From positions 54,699-118,698 of the forward strand of contig JASFYY010000050.1 in NCBI GenBank assembly GCA_045046875.1: a DNA stretch of 64,000 bases, read 5' to 3'. This document shows, piece after piece, positions 19,055-27,635 of the stretch; position 1 is the first letter of the stretch; each line of letters starts with the position of its first letter. Source of the stretch: Verrucomicrobiota bacterium (GTDB lineage Bacteria; Verrucomicrobiota; Verrucomicrobiia; Verrucomicrobiales; DEV007). A program made the position numbers and the translations under genes. The notes below the pieces were generated by a model. The model had not been told where the DNA came from. It saw only the letters and a program-made list of their open reading frames with translations, and ran no database searches.

Positions 19055-20934
19055 GAATTCGGATCGGTTGTTTCACCCTTTTCCCGGTGTATGGATGCTA
19101 AGAGTTGCTCGACGTCGATGGTGAATTCGTCGCTGTCTTCGCCAAAATAGGATCTTTTGTCAGCGCCAAAAGAAATAAACAGTGCCGCCATGGCTTTGTT
19201 TCGTTTGAGCACGGAAGCCCAGAATTTTTTGATACCGCGATTTTTTGCAACACAGGCCAACTCGCCAAGCAAAAAACGGGACAGGCCCAAGCGCCGTCTA
19301 TTTTCTCCAACCATGAAAGCAACTTCGGCAGATTGCCGGGACGGATCCTGATAAAAACGTGCGATGGCAGCGATCTGTTGTCGTTGCGTGTTCTCCTCGA
19401 ACAGGGCGAAGGCGAGATCGACACTTTGATCTATAGAAGTGAGTTTGTAGGCGGATTCGTTGCTCATCCGGTCTTTGACGTGACCGTAGCGCATGCTGAT
19501 GGTTTCTTTGTCGTGTGAGTAGAAGAATTCCTGCAAAGAGCGGGTATCGCTTGCCTTAAGCGGGCGAAAGGTAAAACGTCGCCCTTTGAAACTTAGCGAT
19601 TTTGAGCTTGCATGATCTTCACAGGCGTCGGTGATATGCTTGGGGGCGATGTTGTAAAATTTGGGGATCCATCCCCAGTGGTGGGCGTCGGCCAGCAGTT
19701 TTTCCCTGTAGTCGGGGTGAGCGACTTCCACCATGTTGAGAACTCTTTCGCGAATGCTGCGACCACGTAAGCGAGCGATGCCATATTCGGTAATCACATA
19801 ATGAACGTCACCGCGGCCGGTATTGACGCCACTGCCAGGTTTGAATCCCGCCACAATGCGCGAGTGTTGGCCGTCATCGGACATGGAGGTTAATACGATC
19901 AAGGGATGCCCCCCTTTGCTGTAACTTGCTCCGCGAATAAAATCCTGGGTACTGCCCATGCCGCCGTAAAACAGATGGCCGCGTGAGTCGCGCACTACTT
20001 GACCGGTCAGATCAACTTCGTAGGCGCCGTGGATGGCGACCATCTTATGGTTTTTACGGATGCGGTTCACATTTCCTACCCAATCAGATGGGCGCATTTC
20101 GATTGTTTTATTATTATCGGCGAAATCGTAGAGTTGTTTGCTGCCGATAAAATTTGAGCAAGTGGCTCTGCCAACATGATATTGTTTCATGGAGTTGTCG
20201 ACGGCTCCGCATTGCATCAATTCCCTCATGGCATCGGAAAACAGACCGGTATGAATCCCCAGATGACGGTGTTTTTTCAGTGCCATGAGGACTGCCTGGG
20301 GGGTGTTGCCTAGACCTGCTTGGATGGTCGATCCATCTTCGATGAGCTGCGCAGCGTATCGTGCGGCTACTACCTGGGCAGCGCGTGGGCTTTGCCAATC
20401 CAGAGTTGGCAGAGCTTGTTCGGCTTCGAGAAAGTAGTGGATCTTATCAGTGGAAATTTGAGCCGACTTTCCAGTGTGTGGCATGGATGGATTGATTTGC
20501 GCCACTACGATGCGGGCGGCTTTGATCGCTGCTTTGACCACATCCACGCTCACCCCAAGGGAAACGCAGCCGTATTTATCGGGCGGGCTCACGTGGATCA
20601 GGGCTACATCCACGGGAAGTAGATGGCCGCCAAATAGAGTGGGCACGTCTGACAGGGGGCAGGGCGTGTAGTCTGCCCGGCCGGCGGCGACGGCTTCCTG
20701 AATGGAGGGAGTGAGGAAAAAAGTATTGGTACGTAGCGAGCTGTCGTATTTTTTATCAATCCACGGCATCTCACCGATGGTGTGGATATGAGTTAGCTCG
20801 ACATCGTGATAGTGTCCGGATTGCTGCAGCATTGATTCTACCACCGCAAAAGGAACGGCGGCTCCCGAGCCGATGAATACCCGGCTACCGGGTAATACAA
20901 TGTCTTTCCACGCCTGGGACGTCAGTTCTTTCAC
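19051..20934 (-). CDS. Acetyl-CoA hydrolase/CoA-transferase-like domain fused to a C-terminal Pat-like GNAT
   Basis: DVALIHVSPPD..G.VSLGVSVD, EVDLTGQV, VHYVITEYGIARLRG, AHPDYRE; C-terminal RPL..SD...L.EFF, AEVAFMV...RRLGL. Confidence 0.9.
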   Translation of the reverse strand: MKELTSQAWKDIVLPGSRVFIGSGAAVPFAVVESMLQQSGHYHDVELTHIHTIGEMPWIDKKYDSSLRTNTFFLTPSIQEAVAAGRADYTPCPLSDVPTLFGGHLLPVDVALIHVSPPDKYGCVSLGVSVDVVKAAIKAARIVVAQINPSMPHTGKSAQISTDKIHYFLEAEQALPTLDWQSPRAAQVVAARYAAQLIEDGSTIQAGLGNTPQAVLMALKKHRHLGIHTGLFSDAMRELMQCGAVDNSMKQYHVGRATCSNFIGSKQLYDFADNNKTIEMRPSDWVGNVNRIRKNHKMVAIHGAYEVDLTGQVVRDSRGHLFYGGMGSTQDFIRGASYSKGGHPLIVLTSMSDDGQHSRIVAGFKPGSGVNTGRGDVHYVITEYGIARLRGRSIRERVLNMVEVAHPDYREKLLADAHHWGWIPKFYNIAPKHITDACEDHASSKSLSFKGRRFTFRPLKASDTRSLQEFFYSHDKETISMRYGHVKDRMSNESAYKLTSIDQSVDLAFALFEENTQRQQIAAIARFYQDPSRQSAEVAFMVGENRRRLGLSRFLLGELACVAKNRGIKKFWASVLKRNKAMAALFISFGADKRSYFGEDSDEFTIDVEQLLASIHREKGETTDPNS

Positions 20935-21054
20935 AGTGATAAGTTGTCACAGAATAGTCCGGCGGCAAGTGAGGAAAGGGATCCTTAGCCTAAGGGATTG
21001 AATAAAATGCTAGAGGCTTCGTCAAATGAGCGTAATAAGTTATCTGTCATCATT

Positions 21055-21426
21055 ATGAAATTCTCCGCTAAAAATACCATTTTGTTTTTTGTTTTCGTCG
21101 GCGCTGTGCTTGTTGTTATTCTGGCGAATGATGCGATGGCACGTGTGAGCTCAAATGCGGAGGTCGGCGGCAGCGTGATGGCTTGCACTAAGGCGGAGAT
21201 CCGGCGCGTATATGGAAAGATCCAGTTCGTTGATTCCTTTCCGGATTACAAAGTGAAGATTGTGGGGGGCAATGCCGACCTTAAGGTGCAGAAGGTGACA
21301 TCATTTCCATCTGTTCCTGGAAAGTGGAAGATTGTGAACTCTTTTCCCGACTACAAAATCCAAATAGTCGATGCTTTTCCGGATTTCACGATCAGATACG
21401 TCGATGCTTTTCCGGGAACGAATTAA
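21055..21426 (+). CDS. Exported hypothetical protein with V(D/N)xFPD(Y/F) repeats
   Basis: Signal peptide followed by about five SFP/AFP-type units. Confidence 0.75.
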   Translation: MKFSAKNTILFFVFVGAVLVVILANDAMARVSSNAEVGGSVMACTKAEIRRVYGKIQFVDSFPDYKVKIVGGNADLKVQKVTSFPSVPGKWKIVNSFPDYKIQIVDAFPDFTIRYVDAFPGTN

Positions 21427-21527
21427 AAGGTGGCGCATAAATCCGTCCGCCCAGTGATTAGGCTGAAATCTATTCGTGTGGATTCGGACTTGCCTTTACT
21501 CCTTTATTGTTGTTGGTCAGAGTCAGT

Positions 21528-21878
21528 ATGGGTGAAGGGAATGGAAAAGACAGTGAGCAAGAGATGCGTTATGGCGTGCTTGGAGGTGAGGATTTATCAA
21601 CAGGGGAAAAGCTGGAAAAGTACACTGGTGAAGTCACTTGGAAATACCTGCAGAGTCACTATGAAGCGGGTGCCTTGATTTACGTTGATCCGGCTTTGTC
21701 GATTACTGAGGTGGGTGAGGCCTTTGCGGCCGATGATTCGGCACGGGTGAAACAGTGGCGCGAGAAAGGGGATATTCTTACACCATCAGCGCCTCATGCG
21801 GAATATTGGCAAGAGAGTGGAGTGGTGTTTTGTGCTTTGGTGGTGTCGCCTTTTGTGTTGATTCAGCCGCGACCGTAG
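21528..21878 (+). CDS. DUF2288 family protein
   Basis: W..L..H...GAL..V...L....VG.A...DD...V..W...G and ALVVSPFVLIQ; start uncertain. Confidence 0.75.
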   Translation: MGEGNGKDSEQEMRYGVLGGEDLSTGEKLEKYTGEVTWKYLQSHYEAGALIYVDPALSITEVGEAFAADDSARVKQWREKGDILTPSAPHAEYWQESGVVFCALVVSPFVLIQPRP

Positions 21879-21902
21879 CCTGAGAAAAATTGATTTGATG
21901 AT

Positions 21903-22571
21903 ATGATGACTGATTCGAATGATGCCACGCCGGGGCAGGCGGCTTATAGCAAAAGGTTGCTCAGGGTATATGATTTGTGGGTGCTGGGTATATCCAATCA
22001 GTGGATCTGGAAATGCCCGTCGGCAAAACTGCTCGCTTTTTACAATCGGCATATATCCAATAACCATCTCGATGTGGGAGTTGGTACAGGTTATTTTCTG
22101 GATCGCTGTGAGTTTCCAGAGCCGCCGCCACGGGTGGCGTTGATGGATCTGAATGCCAACAGTCTCGACAGCGCGGCTGGGCGTATTGCTCGTTATCATC
22201 CCGAGACTTATCAAGCAAATGTGTTGGAGCAGATCAAGCTGGAGACAGAGCCTTTTGACTCCATTGGGATCAACTATTTACTACATTGTCTGCCTGGATC
22301 GATTACGGAAAAAACACTTTGCCTGGATCATTTGTCGGTTTGTTTGAAACCGGGCGGAATCATTTTCGGTAGCACTCTTTTGTCAGGCGGAGTGCAACGT
22401 GGTGAAGCGGCGCGGCGCTTGATGGCTTTTTATAATCAAAAGGGGATTTTTGGAAATACCCAAGATGATCTGGAGGGTTTGACGGCAGCCCTTGAAAAAC
22501 GATTTGTTGATGTGCAGGTGGAAGTGATCGGCTGCGTGGCTTTATTTTCGGGAGAGAAGTTGAAGCGTTAA
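21903..22571 (+). CDS. Class I SAM-dependent methyltransferase
   Basis: HLDVGVGTG motif I, LMDLN, FDSIGINYLLHCLPG. Confidence 0.88.
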   Translation: MMTDSNDATPGQAAYSKRLLRVYDLWVLGISNQWIWKCPSAKLLAFYNRHISNNHLDVGVGTGYFLDRCEFPEPPPRVALMDLNANSLDSAAGRIARYHPETYQANVLEQIKLETEPFDSIGINYLLHCLPGSITEKTLCLDHLSVCLKPGGIIFGSTLLSGGVQRGEAARRLMAFYNQKGIFGNTQDDLEGLTAALEKRFVDVQVEVIGCVALFSGEKLKR

Positions 22572-22774
22572 GCGGTAGGAGGACCAATCCAATCAAGGAT
22601 TGAGATCAGGTTTTTTAGGATATTCGATTAGTAAGGAGGTGAAAGAGGGGTGTGTTTACTATGCTGAGTGGGTTGAGGATTTTTTTTTGAGGGGTGAAGC
22701 CCAGTTGCAGAGTTGTATAGCTTGTAGTGGTCAAAGTGAAAAACTACCACTGTAAAAATAAACACTCAAAAAAT

Positions 22775-22897
22775 ATGAAAAAAGTTATCCGTCTGTTTTT
22801 AATTATCGCCGCCACTGTGAGCATAGGAGGGCTTGGCTCATGTTCGAGCACGTCCGGTTCAGGGGGTTCGGACGGACACACATCACATTCTCATTGA
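22775..22897 (+). CDS. 40-aa lipoprotein with Ser/Gly linker and His tail (not in ORF track)
   Basis: Hand translation gives MKKVIRLFLIIAATVSIGGLGSCSSTSGSGGSDGHTSHSH*: basic N-terminus, hydrophobic core, LGSC lipobox; A-rich leader and downstream terminator. Confidence 0.7.
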   Translation: MKKVIRLFLIIAATVSIGGLGSCSSTSGSGGSDGHTSHSH

Positions 22898-22929
22898 TAG
22901 GGCAGTTGATGAGTCCCTATCATTTTTTA
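22896..22929 (+). terminator. Terminator after the small lipoprotein gene
   Basis: gataggg...ccctatc stem followed by attttttat. Confidence 0.6.
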
Positions 22930-22988
22930 TTCAACTTTGGTGGCTCAGCGTCTCTGCCGTAAGAATAATCTGCAGCGACTTGGCATTC

Positions 22989-24365
22989 TCACACAAACTT
23001 CCCTGGATTCAGAATGTGGTTTGGATCCAGGGCGGCTTTCAAATCACGATGCACCTGGCGACCCACCTCTGACACGGCGTCGGGATACCAGCGTTTTTTG
23101 GCTAGGCCGATGCCGTGTTCGCCGGTGATGGCGCCGTCGTTGGCCAGTACCCATTTGAAAAGTTGGTCGAGTGCGGCGTCGGCTTTTTTACGTGTATCCG
23201 GGTCATCGTAATTGTCGACCATCAGGTTGGTATGGATGTTGCCATCTCCGGCATGACCAAAACAGGCGACGGCGATGCCGGTGTCTTTTTGTAACTGGCG
23301 GGCAAAGGTAACAAGATCGACCAGCTTGGAGCGTGGAACCACGATATCTTCGTTGAGCTTGGTCAGGCCGGTGGCGCGCAGGGAATAGGAAAAGTCGCGG
23401 CGTAGTTGCCAGATGGCTTCGCAGCTTTCACTATCGAGTGCTTCTTGGATTTTTAAGGCACCAAGCGTGAGGAGGAATTTTTTCAGTTCTTTGATTTCGT
23501 TTTGCACCGACTCTTTGCGGCCATCGAGTTCGACGATGAGATGGGCATTGCCGTTGGGCAGTGCATCCTCGCCGAGGTAGTCGCGTGCGGCTTTTAGGGT
23601 GAAGGCATCGGTGATCTCCAAGGCAGAGGGCAACCAACTGGATCCGAGGATGGCTTGCACGGCGGCAGCGGCTTGGGAAAAATCGGTAAAGGTGGTGGTG
23701 AGCATGGCGCGTGCCTCGGGATGTGGGATGATTCGCAGGGTGGCTTCGGTGATCACACCGAGCATGCCTTCGGATCCGACAAACATGCCGATCAGATCGA
23801 AGCCGGTTTTATTTTTGTGGCAACGACCGCCGGTGCGCAGGATGTCGCCATTGGCGAGCACCACTTCGAGTCCGATCACGTAGGGACGGGTGACGCCGTA
23901 TTTGAGGCAGCGTGGACCGCCGGCGTTGGTGGCGATGTTGCCGCCGAGTGAGCATTCACGCAAACTGGCAGGGTCGGGCGGGTAATACCAGCCGAGGTCG
24001 GCAGCGGCGTCTTGAAGGTCGCCGGTGATGACGCCGGGTTCGACCACGGCGACTCCATCCTCGGGTTTGATCTCTTTAATTTTCGTCATGCGTGCCACCG
24101 ATAGCACAATGCCGCCCTTCATCGGTACACAGCCACCAACGTAACCGACTCCAGCTCCACGAGTGGTGACGGGGATATTGTGTTGATGCGCGTAAGTCAT
24201 GGTTGCGACGACATCCTCGGTGGATTGTGCAAAAACCACGACTTCAGGAGGATTCGAAGCATGCCATTTGTCGATGGCGTGTTCTTCGAGAATGTTATCT
24301 GCGGTGGAGACCTGATCTTCGCTGAGTAAGGCGATGAGACCGGACTTTAATGAGCTGTTTGGCAT
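22989..24365 (-). CDS. FAD-linked oxidoreductase, GlcD/D-lactate dehydrogenase family
   Basis: RGAG, YPPDPAS...SLGGNIATNAGG, GSEGMLG, GHAGDGNIH, GEHGIG, LNPGK. Confidence 0.92.
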   Translation of the reverse strand: MPNSSLKSGLIALLSEDQVSTADNILEEHAIDKWHASNPPEVVVFAQSTEDVVATMTYAHQHNIPVTTRGAGVGYVGGCVPMKGGIVLSVARMTKIKEIKPEDGVAVVEPGVITGDLQDAAADLGWYYPPDPASLRECSLGGNIATNAGGPRCLKYGVTRPYVIGLEVVLANGDILRTGGRCHKNKTGFDLIGMFVGSEGMLGVITEATLRIIPHPEARAMLTTTFTDFSQAAAAVQAILGSSWLPSALEITDAFTLKAARDYLGEDALPNGNAHLIVELDGRKESVQNEIKELKKFLLTLGALKIQEALDSESCEAIWQLRRDFSYSLRATGLTKLNEDIVVPRSKLVDLVTFARQLQKDTGIAVACFGHAGDGNIHTNLMVDNYDDPDTRKKADAALDQLFKWVLANDGAITGEHGIGLAKKRWYPDAVSEVGRQVHRDLKAALDPNHILNPGKFV

Positions 24366-24467
24366 GGCTGTATCGTAGGTGGTGAAAATTTAAGCGCAGC
24401 AGGTGCAAGTTTGCCTTGCAAGTCAATGCAGGCTTGGGCAACGCGCTACGCAGAAATTGTAAAAAGC

Positions 24468-25658
24468 TTAGCCTCCGAGGTTCACTTCTCGCTGGGGATC
24501 GGTCTCAGCTTCGTAGTCCACGCCGTCGATGCCAAATCCGAACAGCTTGAGGAAACCTTTTTGGTAACCGGCGAAGTCGGAAATGTCTTCCAAGTTGTCG
24601 CTGTTGACTTGCTGCCAGACTTCGGAGACCGCCTGTTGGATTTCTTCGCGCATTTCCCAGTCATCGATGCGGATGCGGTTTTTTTCATCGGTTTGCGGGC
24701 CGTTTTCGCTGTAAAGCTGATCGGCGAAGAGGCGGTAGATTTGCTCGGTGCAGTCTTCGTGTGTTCCGGCTTCTTTCATGATCTTGAACAGCAGTGAGAT
24801 GTAGAGCGGCACTACGGGGATGGCAGAGCTGGCCTGGGTGACCACGGCTTTGTTGACCGAGACGTGAGCCGAGGCGATACCGTCCATGTCGTTGATGCGG
24901 GCGCAGCATTTTTCGAGATCAGTTTTGGCCTGGCCGATGGTGCCGTCGCGATAGACTGGCCAGGTGAGTTGGGGGCCAATGTAGGAGTAGGCGATCGTGC
25001 GGCATTGTTCGGCGAGCACTCCGGCTGCGGAGAGCGCATCCATCCACAGTTCCCAGTCTTCGCCGCCCATGACTTTCACGGTTTGTTCGATTTCTTCGTC
25101 GCTGGCGGGCTCGATGGTGATGTCGTGTACTTCTTTTCTGTCAGTATTGACGGTTTTATTAGTGTAGCTGTCACCGATGGGCTTGAGCACCGAGCGGTAA
25201 ACGTCGCCGGTTTTAGGATCCTGACGGCGCGGCGAAGCCAGGCTGTAGATGACTAGATCGACCTGGCCGAGATCGGCTTTGATGCGTTCGATGGCCTGTT
25301 GTTTGAGCTCGTCGGAAAAGGCGTCGCCGTTGAGGCTGGAGGCGTAGAGGCCTTGTTCGTGCGCGGCTTTTTCAAAAGCTGCGGTATTATACCATCCTGC
25401 ACTGGCCGTTTTTGATTCGGTGGGAGGTTTTTCGAAAAAGATGCCCAAGGTGTCGGCGCCACCGGCAAAAGCGGGAACCAGGCGGGAGGACAGGCCGTAA
25501 CCGGTCGAAGAACCGATCACCAGCACCTTTTTGGGAGCCTGGTCGCCGAGGGCGGGTTGGCTTTGGATATAAGCGATCTGCTCACGGATATTGGCCTCGC
25601 AGCCGTCAGGATGGGCAGTGGTGCAAATGAATCCGCGGATTTTAGGTTTGATGATCAT
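24468..25658 (-). CDS. fabV: Enoyl-ACP / trans-2-enoyl-CoA reductase FabV
   Basis: MIIKPKIRGFICTTAHP.GC, GSSTGYGL, YSLASPRR, VMGGEDW, VTQASSAIP; start at 25658. Confidence 0.95.
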   Translation of the reverse strand: MIIKPKIRGFICTTAHPDGCEANIREQIAYIQSQPALGDQAPKKVLVIGSSTGYGLSSRLVPAFAGGADTLGIFFEKPPTESKTASAGWYNTAAFEKAAHEQGLYASSLNGDAFSDELKQQAIERIKADLGQVDLVIYSLASPRRQDPKTGDVYRSVLKPIGDSYTNKTVNTDRKEVHDITIEPASDEEIEQTVKVMGGEDWELWMDALSAAGVLAEQCRTIAYSYIGPQLTWPVYRDGTIGQAKTDLEKCCARINDMDGIASAHVSVNKAVVTQASSAIPVVPLYISLLFKIMKEAGTHEDCTEQIYRLFADQLYSENGPQTDEKNRIRIDDWEMREEIQQAVSEVWQQVNSDNLEDISDFAGYQKGFLKLFGFGIDGVDYEAETDPQREVNLGG

Positions 25659-25791
25659 AATATTTTTTTTGGTAAAATAGAAATGGATAGCTTTGTGCAG
25701 ATCATAAACTGAAACTGGCTCAGCGGCAACCGAGAGCTTTTGTGCTTTTACTACTCGCACAAGTGCTGCAGATGGGTTAATTCTGTTCTAG

Positions 25792-26619
25792 ATGAGCGAT
25801 TGGGTATTTGAGATTTTGACGGTAGTGGCGGTATTGGTGGCAGCTTTCGCTTTGAAGACTTTTCAGCAGGCCGCGGTGCGGAAAGCGGGGGCTTTGCTGA
25901 TTCTGACGGCGAGTTATCTGACTGGCTATTTTTTGACGGACAGTCATTATGGCGGAGGTGCGGGTATTTTGATCTGGTTTGTGCTGCCTTTGTTTCCGCT
26001 GTTGACACGGGTGCGGCAGATGCGTTTGCCGGTGGAGAAAACCTTGGAAAAATGCACGCCGCCCAGTGTGAATCGTTTTCCGACGCTCAATGAGTTCACC
26101 GAGGAGATTGAAGCGCAGGACTTTGAATATGTGGCGGACAAGGGCTGGCAGTGGGATGACAGCAAACAGTATTTCCGGCTATTTTACAATGCCGAGGAAA
26201 AACAACAGGCGGTGATTTGTTTGAATGAACAGGAGGAGATGTCCTTTGCGTTTGTCAGCATAGTTTGTCGCACTAAATACGGGCAGACTTACCGGACTTG
26301 GAATTATCCGTTTTCATATACGATGAAAACAGCGCCCGGGGTGGTGATGAACGCGGTGCCCAATGTTGATGGTTTTGAGGGACTGATCGCGGCGCACCGG
26401 GAGTTTTTGATTAAGAGTCAGGTGAATCCTGACGAGATCCTGGTCGAGGATGAGAAGAGCTTTGATCAAGCGATGGAAGAGGAGTTGCGTTTGCAGGTAC
26501 GGCATAACCTGGATAGTGGTTTGATCGCGTTGGCGGGGGAGGGGACTTTTCGTTATTCCTGGCGCGGGCTGTTTTTCCTGTGGGGGCAGTTTGTGAAGGA
26601 TATGGTGAAGTTGAGTTAG
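25792..26619 (+). CDS. Hypothetical membrane protein
   Basis: Three N-terminal TM segments plus a soluble domain; long ORF filling the gap between genes. Confidence 0.7.
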   Translation: MSDWVFEILTVVAVLVAAFALKTFQQAAVRKAGALLILTASYLTGYFLTDSHYGGGAGILIWFVLPLFPLLTRVRQMRLPVEKTLEKCTPPSVNRFPTLNEFTEEIEAQDFEYVADKGWQWDDSKQYFRLFYNAEEKQQAVICLNEQEEMSFAFVSIVCRTKYGQTYRTWNYPFSYTMKTAPGVVMNAVPNVDGFEGLIAAHREFLIKSQVNPDEILVEDEKSFDQAMEEELRLQVRHNLDSGLIALAGEGTFRYSWRGLFFLWGQFVKDMVKLS

Positions 26620-26635
26620 GAGCTGAAGGGATTTG

Positions 26636-26725
26636 AACCATAGCTAAGTGACGAGGGGGGGGAGCTGCGAACTTCCGTCGCTCAAGAGCTTTGGCGAGTC
26701 AAGATGGACGTTAATAAACGTGATT
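26636..26725 (+). repeat. Interrupted 10-nt-unit arm carrying a 34-nt hairpin module
   Basis: 26675-26708 matches 40821-40854 at 30/34 nt; followed by units ggacgttaat|aaacgtgatt. Confidence 0.65.
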
Positions 26726-26820
26726 GTTATCGGTGTTCACGGATTTTTTCATCTTAGAGTAATGAGAGGATGCTATTAGGTGTGTTGATCGGGAGTGAGT
26801 TTTGACGGAGTGGTAGGCGG

Positions 26821-27438
26821 CTACCATGTTTTGATGTCATCAGAAGTCCCCTCGATTTGGTCTTCGCCTGCGCTCCACACGATGATGGACTGAGGAATCA
26901 TATTTGAGGCTTGTGACTCAGCGGAGTAAGGTAAGGCTACTTGATTGTCCAAGTTTAAGTCAAATCTGATATGGAAAAGATTTCCCCACTGATCGAATAG
27001 ACTTGCTCTCCCTTGGGTATCGTAACCGATGCCTCCGTGAAACTCCCCTGAAAAGAATTTAGCTTTCCTTGCTGAAAAAAAAGTGATCTGCCGAGGGTTT
27101 AATTCGTTTCCTAAGACTGTGATATTGTCCCCTGACAAAACATCCATTAGTGTAGTATTTGATAACAAATCAATATCTTCAGTGCCTTTTAGCTTAACGG
27201 GAAAATTGCGATATTCGGTGTAGTAGGTCGATATTGAAGATTTTAGATTTAGCGCCATGTTCAGGCTTCTTCCTTTTCCATCATGGTCAGGTATAGTTAG
27301 TGACTCTGAATTGACTGCGACTGCCCACCCCGAAATGAGCAGGAACGCTATTACCAAGCAGGCTCTATTCAATTTTTGGTTATTAGTGTTCGTATTGGGC
27401 TCTGTTGGTGTTGACGACGTTGTATCGGGAACGTTCAT
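26821..27438 (-). CDS. Pseudopilin/GspG-C-like membrane-anchored protein
   Basis: One TM helix, L..S...YYTEY..FP, DQWGN.F, IIVWSAGED...GTSDDIKTW; start at MNVPDT. Confidence 0.55.
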   Translation of the reverse strand: MNVPDTTSSTPTEPNTNTNNQKLNRACLVIAFLLISGWAVAVNSESLTIPDHDGKGRSLNMALNLKSSISTYYTEYRNFPVKLKGTEDIDLLSNTTLMDVLSGDNITVLGNELNPRQITFFSARKAKFFSGEFHGGIGYDTQGRASLFDQWGNLFHIRFDLNLDNQVALPYSAESQASNMIPQSIIVWSAGEDQIEGTSDDIKTW

Positions 27439-27594
27439 GGGGCGATTATGCGGATAAAAGCTGTTTACTGTCAAGGTTGGTTCAGCTAGAGACGAGTGCT
27501 GCAATTTCGATAGTTACAGGAATGTGGACTTTTCGGTCCGCAGAGAATTGAGCTGAGGCTGGTAGGAAAAGTTAAACTCTCTAATTAGGAGAGT

Positions 27595-27618
27595 GGGCAA
27601 CCGGAGCGGTCGCCCTAC
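27595..27618 (-). repeat. GTAG-type REP-like palindrome
   Basis: Reverse complement GTAGGGCGACCGCTCCGGTTGCCC; 21 nt identical to 56782-56802. Confidence 0.7.
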
Positions 27619-27635
27619 AATTTGAAGGGAGGCTC

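Noticed and set aside
22833..23072. ORF-track 79-aa ORF
   Set aside because: No features; it overlaps the better-supported lipoprotein in another frame, a terminator and the GlcD-like gene.
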